This document shows positions 22,596 through 33,215 of a stretch of 33,215 nt of DNA, piece after piece. The notes beneath the pieces are model-generated. The model made no database searches and was not told the origin of the DNA. It saw only the letters and a program-made list of their open reading frames with translations. The stretch's first letter is position 1, and each line of letters opens with the position of its first letter. A program made the translations under genes and the position numbers. Source of the DNA: Nemertoderma westbladi (Eukaryota > Animalia > Xenacoelomorpha); assembly GCA_032718475.1 (NCBI GenBank), contig JAUCBJ010003158.1:1-33215 (forward strand), written 5' to 3'.

Positions 22596-22780
22596 GGAAT
22601 CCTTACAAAAAGCGCGCCGGATAACGCGCCAGATATTATGAAAATCGCGCCGCGCCTAGTAATATTGGAAATCGCGCCGCGCCAACACTCTGAACTCTAT
22701 AAATTGATGTGCGCCAGAAAAAATGTAGCATACAAATTAAAATACATTCGGCGCCAGTTAAGAATATATGCACGCCAGGA
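22596..22780. repeat. GCGCC-motif array, possibly subterminal repeats of a DNA transposon end
   Basis: Repeated (C)GCGCC/CGCCAG motifs, including AAATCGCGCCGCGCC twice. Confidence 0.45.
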
Positions 22781-22984
22781 AATAATTTTGTTTTGAGCTC
22801 ACTTAACATGCCACATACTGTATGATACAACAATTAGGCCATCAGCACACAATAATGTTCAGGATTTATTAAGTATTAATGTATTGCCGTCTTGGCACTT
22901 GGCATCAGTCGAAAATGTATCACCGTGATTGGGCCATACTAGCAATAAACTTTGTTTGTATATTAATTGGGATTTATGTTCTGG

Positions 22985-23320
22985 AACCGCCACTCACACA
23001 GACCATTGGAGTTATTCAAGGTGACATGCTACTGAGCTATACCCTCTCATATTCATCTTGTTTGTTTCCGACCTCCCTGCAGTTATTATAGCAACTGGAT
23101 GCCTTATATTCATGTATGCCGACGATCTAGTTATTTGTAGAAATTCCATTGCGCAAGTTCAGATTGGACTCGATGCATTACTTGACTACTGCAGAGACCA
23201 CGACCTAACAGTCAATAGCTCAAAAATAAAAGTTGTTAAATTCAGACGTGGAGGTCGCTTATCACGGGACGATGTTCTGCATTACGATGGACAACTGTTA
23301 TTTCATTATTTTATAACTCG
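22985..23320 (+). pseudogene. Internal RT fragment of a LINE related to the 10359-12433 element
   Basis: GVIQGD, MYADDL, KFRRGGRL; frameshifted. Confidence 0.85.
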
Positions 23321-23358
23321 ATGCAATCTATTTACTTATTTATTTTACTTTTATCAGG

Positions 23359-23700
23359 TCACATTTTAGCGAGCAATTTTAACATAATTTTAGTAATCGT
23401 AATTGTAGTAATTGTAGTATCCTCACTACTGGAGCTGTCGGGCCGCTGAGAAATAAGTTCTTGGCTCGCGGGTTGTTGCTGTTCCGCTGCTTCTTGGTCC
23501 CGCTTGACCTGAGCTCGAGTGCCTATGATAGACCTACGATGTTGGACCAGCCTAGGTTCTGTTATTACTACTGGAGGGATGACCTTCCTCACAGTGGGAG
23601 GTGAACTGAACTTAGGTGTAGACGGTTCTACACCCTTATCTGAGTCGCAGATAGTTACATCTAATAAACTGTCTGACAGGTTCTGCTTAGTATCAGACAT
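23359..23700 (-). CDS. Truncated N-terminus of a probable gag-like ORF
   Basis: Low-complexity S/P/Q-rich ORF at the end of the long leader downstream of the putative LTR. No diagnostic motif. Confidence 0.35.
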   Translation of the reverse strand: MSDTKQNLSDSLLDVTICDSDKGVEPSTPKFSSPPTVRKVIPPVVITEPRLVQHRRSIIGTRAQVKRDQEAAEQQQPASQELISQRPDSSSSEDTTITTITITKIMLKLLAKM

Positions 23701-23835
23701 GTTTGTTTGCACAGTTGAATGCCTACTGCTATATTACAGTCTAAGCAAGTCTAGTAATTCAGCATTAACTGCTAGCCTAGTAATTAATTACCGATACTGC
23801 TACTCAGTGTAGCGTGATATATATATAATGTTAGA

Positions 23836-24081
23836 ATACCGGTATGCTTATGGTATATATAAGTATTATTACAGACTAGGTTTTTCACAAAATACCGGTA
23901 TATAATTTTAGCACAAATATATATAAATATATAATAGGCCTATCGTGGATACCGGTATGCAGTTTACACTTATAGTATATATAAGTATAATTATTAACTA
24001 GAATTAATTACAGAACACCGGTATGATTTCAGCCTAAGTTTATGAAAATAAAGATAATAAGCCTATTGTAAATACCGGTAT
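23836..24081. repeat. Degenerate tandem repeat with five ACCGGT-centred palindromes
   Basis: ATACCGGTAT-like sites at about 23837, 23892, 23949, 24016 and 24072. Confidence 0.75.
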
Positions 24082-25040
24082 ATCAATTATTTTAAATAAT
24101 TGAATTTCTGAATTTTAAGGGTTACTTGGTTACTTTAACTTACTTTATTGCCGTTATTTAAGCAGTAGTCCAACTGATATTGAGACCTAATTGTTATATG
24201 GCAGGCCTACTATTTATAAATCGTTTGAGTTGATTTATAATATATATATACCCGTTTAATGGGTTTTGTCAATGTTTGAAATAAATGTTATTATTTCTGG
24301 GGGAGTCACTACACATAAGCTGTGCGCTCTCAGTGGAGTGCTACTTGTTAGACACTAAAACAAATAATTCTAATTTACCTAAGTTACTTAATACTACAAA
24401 TTACGTACAATTCGGGTTGAGATTACAATCTCTAAATAAACACAAAAATTTAATTACAAATACACAAATACAAATTTTTAGGGTAATTTTACAAGAAGTC
24501 TACTAACCAGCCTAACAAAGGGTTAGAATATCTGGTTATTACAACGGACAGGTTACTACGGTATTTGAAAATAATAAGTAGTAGTAAATATACTGCGTTG
24601 TCCAGATAGGAAAATACCACCGCCTGACGACCTATAACCGTATCGCTATAGGTACTACGTTATGTATCACGGAGTGTTCCTACCCAGAAGTTAATTACCG
24701 CGGTCTACCAGAACCAACGTGCCTATTAACCACTTTACAACACAAATACACTGCCTACACACTAATCACCTTCGGAAAGTACTGTACACTAAACCCTAAA
24801 TTAGGTACAAGTACTTGTACAACAAATAATTAGTAGTTAAAAATACTTGAACAGCTAAAAGAACCACGGTATCTGCCGGAGTGACCAAAGCACAAAATCT
24901 CCAGTCTTTACCTACGCCGAGCAGCCCTGATGTAGTACCGGGGTTAGTTTAACTATAACGGTATGTATAACAAACACAATTACTGTAGGAACAAACTTGG
25001 GGAATGAATGTTGCGAATAATCGCATAAACTCTGAATAAT

Positions 25041-25614
25041 AAATATTACGCTACGCGTACAAACTACTCAAACAAAATGCAGACCAAATACTGACAGACT
25101 ACTATCAAGCCTAAACAAACTACGGTATATGCAGACTCCGAAATGATTAGTTAGTATGCGTTCTAACCCAGTAGTACGACTTATTCTTTCACAGGGGGTT
25201 TACCTCACAGCACTTGAAGCCCCTACTTTCCTAACTTAGCACTTTATCGGACAGATGCTCTACACACACCGAAATTTCCTCAAACCCAACAACAGCCAGA
25301 CAACTATCCAGCCTACAAATTATCTAAATAAAATTATACGCTACCCGTACAGACTACACAAACAAAGTACAGACCAAACGATGGCAGACTACTATCAAGC
25401 CCAAATACACTACAGTATATGCAGACTCCGAAATGATTAGTTAGTATGCGTTCTAACCCAGTAGTACGACTTATTCTTTCACAGGGGGTTTACCTCACAG
25501 CACTTGAAGCCCCTACTTTCCTAACTAGCACTTTATCGGACAGATGCTCTACACACACTGCAATCCGTTCAGACTTAACAACAGTTAGACAACAGTCAAG
25601 CCTACAAATTATCT
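25041..25614. repeat. 290-bp tandem duplication with a near-identical core
   Basis: Cores 25126-25269 and 25416-25558 differ by about one indel, while the flanks are diverged. Confidence 0.92.
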
Positions 25615-26185
25615 GTACAATCTGAGCAGGCTTACACGCCTTCTGCTCAATACTGGCCTACAAATAAATAAAACTGACAGAAATAAGTAAGCTCCAAAAG
25701 AAACAAGGGGTGTACAGTCCCTAATCTCTTAAACAGCCTACCGGTATACAATACCACAATCGAATAATACTGCTGTACCTGTACTGCTGTAGGTACCGGT
25801 CCGGATGATCAGGCAGTCAGGCCTACTGGTTACCGGTCGACCGGTACTTTCGACTAGATTGCTTACACCGCAATCCAGAAGCAATATCTGTTATTGTTTG
25901 CGCTTTTAAGACCTTTGACAGTTTAACCTGCCAAATTAGGATGTCTTTTAGATGATATATATTCTTTAGCTTATGACGAGTATTTGATACACTACATTAG
26001 CCGAAGCCAGTCTATGCGCAATCATTCACCCGCTGGATATACCCGGGAGACTGAATTCGGAAGCTTAATGATTGATGGTGTAAGCCTACCGTATTATTCG
26101 ACTGATCGTAATATATAATCTCTGACAAATATTATTCACTTTCGGGAAATATTAACAGTTCCTTTAGGACGTGGCGCTCTAAATA

Positions 26186-27060
26186 TGTAAACAGAGTTAT
26201 GACTTAAACTAGACACAACGAAAAGGCTATAGATTCACGTATATGGCGCATTCTTTAGGAGATGCTTTGTTATCAGTTACAATCATACACAATGCTGCAC
26301 AATACTGCACACTAATCTGCCGACCTTCACTAAATTTAGTCACGTATAAAGAGAGCAACATACAATTTATGTCGGGCCTATGAAATAGCATTAGATTCAC
26401 TTCAAACCACTTAACATAGGTCGCAATCGTTTATCTGTAACCGGTCTCTCTAACCTTTAGTATATCAAGAAGGTGGGGTGTCTGACTATTGATCAGTATT
26501 CCGATATAATATTTCATCAACAATTATAATGAATAACCGACAGTAAAAGCAGTAATATTAGTAATTTATGGATAGATATGGTATGTTAACTCAATTTGCA
26601 TTGGTATGGTTAGATAACAGATATACGTTCTATAATTAAGCCTACTAATGTAAAGCTAAAGAATGCTGATATACGGAGGTGCCAAAAGCCGATGTTCTTA
26701 GGCTCTGGGCAAAAACATAACACTGAATTCCTGAGTTTCTGTATCCACCTCCAACACAGAGACAAAAAACGCTCTGTTTGGTCGACCGAACAACGAGAGA
26801 ACAAAGAAACAAAGAAATGTCGACGTGGCAATATCAGCTGTTAGCCGTCGTCATGGTAGCGACACTGTTTTCAAGAGTATCTAGCTTATTGCGTCACGAA
26901 ATTGCGGATTATGTCCTCTAAAGTACAAATACAGAAGAAATGGCTTTTATGTCCTCTAAAACACCAGTACAGCAAGGACACGGCCTTTTTATGCCTGGTA
27001 AACCAACCACAGAGTACTTTACGGGGAAAATAACCGGCTAATTACGCAAAAGCTTTTACA
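26186..27060 (-). mobile_element. Putative 5' LTR (875 bp) of an LTR element inserted into the BEL pol
   Basis: TGTAAA...TTTACA inverted termini; the right end coincides with the truncation of the BEL ORF. No canonical PBS, second LTR or TSD found. Confidence 0.5.
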
Positions 27061-30000
27061 GCTTATTAGATGCGTTTATACGACTGGAAACTCGAATTAA
27101 ACCATCTGTATCTATATGTGGTACTAAGTTACGTAATTTACTATTTATTGGGACTGAATGACCTCTCTTAAGGCATTCATATTCCTTGCTAAATGTCTGT
27201 TTCTGAACATAACGCAAGATACATGAGCCAGATTTACGCAATTCTGCAATTGTCACATGTGCATTTACGCTCATTTCGGTTTCTAATACTTTCTTTTGTT
27301 TGACTCTGAGGCACCAGACATGCCAATCAAACAACCGTATAAGCCACGCTGTAAGTAAACACAGCAAATACCAGGATGAATATTTATTGATGAAATACTT
27401 AAGTCTATCATCAATAGACATATCCTTAGCTAAGTTAATTTTGTGAAGATTTATCTCAATGGGTGCTAGGTGATCCTTTTCTAGCGTGACGTCATCTTTG
27501 TCATTGATGTCTAAGTCAACTACAGAGCGCCATGTCTCATTCTCGCAGTCATAAACAATGCTAGATGAGAGGTTTGCAACATATGCACACTGTAAGTTGC
27601 ATGTATCTGCCCCCTCATGGCAGATAGCCCCCTCTTCATAGATCAGCCGATCTAAAGAAGTTAGTCCTAGGGTGTTAATGTTACCAACATAGACCCCCGG
27701 ATCAAAATTGGATAAATTAACCTCAGGATTATTATCCTCTGTAGGAAGATCAATGTCGGTAATTGGCCGTGGCCAAGTGGATGGTAAATCCGTAAGGTAT
27801 GGTGGGCCATGCCACCAAAGGGATTTATTTAGCAAGTTCTTGACGGATAATCCACGACTGATATCATCAGCCGGGTTTAAAACTCCTGGTACATGATGCC
27901 AAGAGTTAGGAGTAGTTCTCAAGACAATTTTATTGACACGGGTTGCTTCATAGCGTTTCAAAACACATGTAGGGTTACGAATATACCCTAACACTACTGT
28001 AGAATCAGTATGGAAATATTCTGGTACATCACCGAGATGCAACTCATGTCGCAGCATCACAATGATGTCTGTCAGTAATACGGCGGCTTCTAACTCTAGT
28101 CGAGGTGTAGAAGTAATTGAAGCCATATTAACAATACGACTCTTTGAGTATAATATGTTTACACGTACATCCCTATTATACTCTGCACGTATATATGCCA
28201 CAGCCCCATATGCATAATCAGAGGCATCAGAAAACAAGTGCAATTGATAGTTGCAACTAGATGGAAGATCTTGCCGCAGGAGGCGGTCTATCTCTACATC
28301 ATTAAGAAGAGGAAGTTGATTCTCCCACTTTATCCACGCTCTTTGCAGTTCCATTGGGATTTTATCATCCCAGTCACACCCTGCCTTCCAGATAGACTGT
28401 ATTATTAGTTTACCCTGAACTAGAAATGGTGCAAGGAACCCCAGAGGATCATATGTTGACGCAAACTTACTAAGACAACCTGCTTTAGTATAAGGACGTT
28501 GTTTAACCTTCACATCAAAGGTAAATATATCAGCTTGTGGGTCCCAAACCACACCAAGGGCTCTAGTCACTGGCAAGTGGTCAAGGTCTAGATCAACTTT
28601 AGGACTGAGAGCATCTGAAGCCATGGAAGCCAGAAACTCTTTACTGTTTGACTGGAATTTTCTAAGATTAAAACCCCCTAAGGATAGACAATCAATTAGG
28701 TCATGCGCTAATTGAGTGGCCTCTTCCACTGAGTCAACTGATGGTAGACCATCATCAACATAAAATGACTCATCAATAACTCTAGCAACATCAGAAACAA
28801 ATAAGTCATTATGGTCTTTCCCACACTGTTTAACAGTGTTACCTGCTATGCAAGGTGAATCACGCGCTCCAAATGGGTGTCGAACCATTTTATAGACAAC
28901 CATATCACCCTTAGGTGGCTTCCATAGAAACCGAAGGCTGTCGGAGTCCTCCCTAGTTACACCAATCTGGTGGAACATTGCCTCTATATCACAACAGAAA
29001 GCAATGCTCCCTAAACGAATACGTATTAATACTCCAATGAGGGGTATAATTTGTGGTGGACCATCTAATAATTGGGAGTTCAATGACATCCCTTTATAGA
29101 TGGCTGCCGCATCATTAACTATGCGGATCTTACCAGGTTTACTATCATGTTCAACATGATGATGAGGTAGGTAATAAGTTTGTGGTGAATGTCTTTTAAA
29201 TTCTTCCAATGATAACTTTACTGCATATCCTGCAGTTTCATAATCTAACAATTGATTATGATATTGTTGATATTTGGCTGGATACTTTTCTAAACGACGT
29301 ATTAAGCCATCCAGTCGACGCTTCGCCAATGGATAGTTATTTATTAATTGAGGAGGATTTTGATTCCAGAGCATTCCTACAGTATACCGACCATTATCTA
29401 AGGTAGTTGTTTCCTTAAGTATGGATAATGCTCGTTCATCGCTCCGTGATAAGACGGTTTCCTCATCCTTAGCGTTGGACATTGGTTTCAGAACCTGATT
29501 GTCATCATTAGTATAACCTTCCAAACCTAATTGTTGTTTAACTACAGACACCCAATCATAACTGGATATTTCAAGATGCCTGATTTCACAATTTACTTTA
29601 ACAGATGGAATTGGTCCCACTAAGGCATACCCAAATGGTGTATGCACAATAGTAGGGCCTTCTCTTGTTTCTTGAACTATTGCATGTTCATGAATGTAAC
29701 CAGCATCCCGACCTATGATTATAGTAACTTCTGGTAACTCAATACCTGAAGGAACTAGTTGATCCAGATATGGCTGGAAATCTGGATATGCTGACAAATC
29801 TATACTTGCCAGATCTGGGACTCTTGTCTGTTGAAGGTTGTCTAACACCAAAGTGTTAGAAACTTTAGTAATAAATGTTTCATCTACTGCAGGGCGACCT
29901 TTTAAAGGCCTAATAGAGCAAGCTATTGAAGCAATAGGATGCACACTAATTGATAATACCTCTTTGATTGTCATCAAAGATTGGGAATCCGGAACTTCAT

Positions 30001-30709
30001 TCATGAACTGCAATACCTTAGCATGCAAAACTGTATGAGTTGAACCTGAATCCAGTAAGGCAAAAGTACTAAGACGTTTGTCATTTATGTCAATAGTTAC
30101 GGGTACTACAGACAACCACATCTCCATATTAATATGCGATTGCTTATCACAACGCAATATTGTCACATCATGATTTGTGATACTATATGTACCAGATTTA
30201 TTTGTTTCAGCTGAAATTGGAATCTCAGCCATGGAATTACTTGAAACCAATTCACTCCTAAATGTTTTAATTTTAGCTGATTTCTTGGTATCCTCTATAT
30301 AACCAAGAATCCAATGAAGGACAGAGTGGTGAGCACCTTGGCAATGCTCACAGATTGGTTTGCGTGTTATTTTTGAATATTTTGGGCAGACAGTATTCCT
30401 ATGCCCCCTTTCCACACAATAGTGACATACATCCCCACTGTGGTACCATGCCACCTTATGGATAATGTCCAAATGATTAAACTTTGAGCAATGGGATATT
30501 GTATGTCCTTCTAGTTCACAATAAGAACAATTTAATACTCGCTTTGGAATTGTGGATGTATTTTCCTCTTTATAGCCTGCTCCATTAGAAGTTCCTTGAA
30601 CTGGTTCTGGGGACTTCATAGGATCGTTTGATCGTGTGGATGGGTCAGGTCCATGTGCTGAAGCTGAAGCAGGCCTAAAAACCAGATGGTGCACCAGTGG
30701 TTGACACAT
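27056..30709 (-). CDS. pol: BEL/Pao polyprotein: Zn knuckles, protease, RT, RNase H
   Basis: CX2CX4HX4C twice plus CEHCQGAHHSVLH; LLDSGS; YYLPHH; DIEAMFHQI; FYVDD; YDPLG; FSDAS; PRLEL; TDS; NPADDISRG; WWHGP. Ends at DGLIRVSSR with no DDE integrase core. Confidence 0.95.
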   Translation of the reverse strand: MCQPLVHHLVFRPASASAHGPDPSTRSNDPMKSPEPVQGTSNGAGYKEENTSTIPKRVLNCSYCELEGHTISHCSKFNHLDIIHKVAWYHSGDVCHYCVERGHRNTVCPKYSKITRKPICEHCQGAHHSVLHWILGYIEDTKKSAKIKTFRSELVSSNSMAEIPISAETNKSGTYSITNHDVTILRCDKQSHINMEMWLSVVPVTIDINDKRLSTFALLDSGSTHTVLHAKVLQFMNEVPDSQSLMTIKEVLSISVHPIASIACSIRPLKGRPAVDETFITKVSNTLVLDNLQQTRVPDLASIDLSAYPDFQPYLDQLVPSGIELPEVTIIIGRDAGYIHEHAIVQETREGPTIVHTPFGYALVGPIPSVKVNCEIRHLEISSYDWVSVVKQQLGLEGYTNDDNQVLKPMSNAKDEETVLSRSDERALSILKETTTLDNGRYTVGMLWNQNPPQLINNYPLAKRRLDGLIRRLEKYPAKYQQYHNQLLDYETAGYAVKLSLEEFKRHSPQTYYLPHHHVEHDSKPGKIRIVNDAAAIYKGMSLNSQLLDGPPQIIPLIGVLIRIRLGSIAFCCDIEAMFHQIGVTREDSDSLRFLWKPPKGDMVVYKMVRHPFGARDSPCIAGNTVKQCGKDHNDLFVSDVARVIDESFYVDDGLPSVDSVEEATQLAHDLIDCLSLGGFNLRKFQSNSKEFLASMASDALSPKVDLDLDHLPVTRALGVVWDPQADIFTFDVKVKQRPYTKAGCLSKFASTYDPLGFLAPFLVQGKLIIQSIWKAGCDWDDKIPMELQRAWIKWENQLPLLNDVEIDRLLRQDLPSSCNYQLHLFSDASDYAYGAVAYIRAEYNRDVRVNILYSKSRIVNMASITSTPRLELEAAVLLTDIIVMLRHELHLGDVPEYFHTDSTVVLGYIRNPTCVLKRYEATRVNKIVLRTTPNSWHHVPGVLNPADDISRGLSVKNLLNKSLWWHGPPYLTDLPSTWPRPITDIDLPTEDNNPEVNLSNFDPGVYVGNINTLGLTSLDRLIYEEGAICHEGADTCNLQCAYVANLSSSIVYDCENETWRSVVDLDINDKDDVTLEKDHLAPIEINLHKINLAKDMSIDDRLKYFINKYSSWYLLCLLTAWLIRLFDWHVWCLRVKQKKVLETEMSVNAHVTIAELRKSGSCILRYVQKQTFSKEYECLKRGHSVPINSKLRNLVPHIDTDGLIRVSSRINASNKL

Positions 30710-33215
30710 AATTTAATGTAGCCATTGGTGTTGAATTTAAGTTATTTATTGTGGACACTCGCTGTGGACTTGGTTTACTGGATTGACTTGGCCCTGGTAC
30801 ATTAGCTGTTTGGTTTGGCCTGTAGCCACCACCTACATCAACGTAAACAGGATCATTAACAATCTGTGCTTCACATTTTATATATTCTGCAAGTTCAGTT
30901 AATCTAGGTTCACGGTTGTGGTTTTGTCTAATATAATAAACTTTGCGTTTCCACCGCTCATACATTCGAATGTCGAGGTTCTCGGCAACCCTTCGCAGAT
31001 TGGTAGATGAATTCATTTCATCCGCTGATTTAAAATATTGCAAAACCAAAACCATTTGTGAGATCTTGTCTGCATAATTTTGCAATTTGAACCTACGTTG
31101 TGTTTCTGAACCAGAGTTCAGATCAACTTTTTCTGTCAATTCTGTTATAATTCTCTCAACTATAACACTCGGATGGCCATACCTTCCATGCAAGGCATCC
31201 CAAGCGGCTTTATACCCACCTGGCAAACCTAAAAACCCTTTAACCAGACCAAGGGGAATTGGGCCCAAATATTGTGTTAAGCACATGAATTTTTCCATTT
31301 CATTTAATTCTTGAGATTCAATATAAGAAATAAAACTAGCTACAAAATTTATATAGCCACTAGCTTCTCCATTAAATTTGGGCACTTCCATTTTTGGCAA
31401 TGAAAGCTTAGTGTTTAGCCTTTCAATAGCCTTTACACTCATGGCACTAACATTCATAACCTGTGTCATGACTTCACACATCTGTGATTCGATATTAGGA
31501 GTAGATCCCATCCCCACACGGTGACCTGGATCATGAAAAGGGTTCTGTAATGGTTCAGGTATGGGCCAATTGTTAATTGGCGATTCAGGTGAATTTTGTG
31601 CCCCAGGAACAGGTATCTGGAATCCTGGACTCGAATTAAGCACAGGGTTTGCTTTCAAACAATCGAAATGGTAAAAATTCTCAGGTGTAGAAAATTTTTG
31701 TACATTTGATGGTGTATCACTTCTAATTCCACCCTTATATGGTGGCTTAAACACATCACCTACTCCTAAATGGTTTATAGGCATAGGTTGTGAGCCCTGC
31801 AATAAAGAGTTAAACATAGGCTCTGACAATTTATCAAGTAATTTATCAGGTACAGCCCAACTGCGGGAGGACATCTGGGCCTGGGGGGAAACAGTTGTCA
31901 CTATTGGGTCCACTCTGTGGGTTTTTTGTGATGGCTGTGCTATATTTGAAATTGTAGTGCTTGGATTATAGCTGGGCACAAATGTATTTACATTATCTAT
32001 ATTTGTGTGGGTATAATCATCACCGTCATTGTTTGTATGTGTATAGTGAAGATATCGTTGACTGCCACTATATTGAGATTCAGAGATATCCCTGTTGTCC
32101 AAAGACCGTGTCATGGGGCCAGGGGGCAATGCAGTGACAATTTCAGTAGGTGTAACCTGTGTAGAACGGGTAATAACAAAGTGAGTATCAGTTTGCATTC
32201 CCTCGTCCACAGTTGGCATAGTCAATTTATATTCAGGACTAGAATCCTGCATATCGACTTCAATTGACATGTCATTACGATTTTGAGTCGAATTAAATGG
32301 TTGGTTGTGTAGAATAGAAACAACAGGAGATAGTGGCCTAGGCCTAGGGTTTATAGGCATGTAGGTGTCCTCCTGTCTTATGGGACCAACAGAGGATAAT
32401 TCACCACCATCTTGCTGAAATGTGACTATACAAGGATTAGTGTCTACTTTAGGCTTATTAAATAAAGCCATAATTGGTGATCTATAGTTAGATGGATCTG
32501 AACCTGCCTCTAAAGCAGCTAAAACTTCAGGTTCATCTGTCGACAAAAGGACCTCTAATGTAGCCCGTTCTAGGTCATTATGAGACTCAGTGACAGCAAG
32601 TTGGCGTTTAGCCCTAGATTGCTGTTGCTCAAGTTTGAGATCGACTAAACGTTTATTTGCAGCAGCAACTGCCTCTGCCTCTAGTTGAGCCGTTTTGAGT
32701 TTCGTTTCTTCACTATCAAGCGCCTCAGCTAAACGTAGGTTATTTTCCATTTGTTTAGTCTTAAGCAAAGCCCTTTGATGCCTCCTGAGAGCCCTTAATG
32801 ATTTAGATTTCTCAGAAAGCTGTGAACTATGTTGTGAAACCGAATCCGATGGTTTGATTTGTGAACTAGTATCACTACCAGTAACATTCCTGGCAGTAAT
32901 GTCATTTGGTACAGCCCTAGACCCCGTCACCATTTCAGTACAAACGACACCAGCATCTATGGGTGATTTAACTGGTTCACTACCACTATCAGGTATCAAT
33001 GGGCCTTTATTCAGTGAATACACTGCTGCAGAAATGTCTACAGCAATGGGACAAACTGGTGTCTCTTCACTAATGCCCCCTGCGCCTGCCCCTGTTGATA
33101 TGTCCACCAATGTATCCATATCATTAAAATCGGCAGGTGTGCTCGCGGTAAATGTGTGTCCCTGTCTACTTGAATCACCCTGACTGACTTGCTCGACTGT
33201 ATCATTATAATATGG
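27061..33215 (-). mobile_element. BEL/Pao LTR retrotransposon internal region (5' end outside the window, integrase truncated)
   Basis: Order gag, three Zn knuckles, PR, RT, RNase H and start of the pre-integrase region, with BEL-type motifs. Confidence 0.95.
30675..33215 (-). CDS. gag: BEL/Pao gag (frame is open to the window end)
   Basis: Coiled-coil region, then LPKMEVPKFNG..YINF..F..EKFMCLTQYL..GYKAAWDALHGRYG (DUF1759-like). No stop between 33215 and 33119. Confidence 0.88.
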   Translation of the reverse strand, partial: PYYNDTVEQVSQGDSSRQGHTFTASTPADFNDMDTLVDISTGAGAGGISEETPVCPIAVDISAAVYSLNKGPLIPDSGSEPVKSPIDAGVVCTEMVTGSRAVPNDITARNVTGSDTSSQIKPSDSVSQHSSQLSEKSKSLRALRRHQRALLKTKQMENNLRLAEALDSEETKLKTAQLEAEAVAAANKRLVDLKLEQQQSRAKRQLAVTESHNDLERATLEVLLSTDEPEVLAALEAGSDPSNYRSPIMALFNKPKVDTNPCIVTFQQDGGELSSVGPIRQEDTYMPINPRPRPLSPVVSILHNQPFNSTQNRNDMSIEVDMQDSSPEYKLTMPTVDEGMQTDTHFVITRSTQVTPTEIVTALPPGPMTRSLDNRDISESQYSGSQRYLHYTHTNNDGDDYTHTNIDNVNTFVPSYNPSTTISNIAQPSQKTHRVDPIVTTVSPQAQMSSRSWAVPDKLLDKLSEPMFNSLLQGSQPMPINHLGVGDVFKPPYKGGIRSDTPSNVQKFSTPENFYHFDCLKANPVLNSSPGFQIPVPGAQNSPESPINNWPIPEPLQNPFHDPGHRVGMGSTPNIESQMCEVMTQVMNVSAMSVKAIERLNTKLSLPKMEVPKFNGEASGYINFVASFISYIESQELNEMEKFMCLTQYLGPIPLGLVKGFLGLPGGYKAAWDALHGRYGHPSVIVERIITELTEKVDLNSGSETQRRFKLQNYADKISQMVLVLQYFKSADEMNSSTNLRRVAENLDIRMYERWKRKVYYIRQNHNREPRLTELAEYIKCEAQIVNDPVYVDVGGGYRPNQTANVPGPSQSSKPSPQRVSTINNLNSTPMATLNYVSTTGAPSGF

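Overview
Eukaryotic, probably invertebrate, repeat-dense DNA with no clearly recognisable host gene. It is a nested pile of transposable elements. Recognisable parts are: a 5'-truncated CRE-type RLE retrotransposon with a 16-bp TSD; an RT-encoding LINE inserted into an 11-bp minisatellite; the 3' half of a piggyBac; a decayed Helitron-like Rep/helicase relic; a two-ORF APE-RT LINE split by a 438-bp insertion; a probable LTR with a long leader; and a BEL/Pao retrotransposon whose integrase is cut off by that LTR. The least explained part is the left 7 kb. It holds a spliced C2H2 zinc-finger/Pro-Gln ORF that runs off the window, a cluster of perfect palindromes, about 5.7 tandem 542-bp units each carrying a splice acceptor and an OTU deubiquitinase-like exon, and compact orphan ORFs. 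Many small TA-to-TA(N)nTA insertions look like DNA-transposon excision footprints. Family assignments come from remembered motifs, not database searches.
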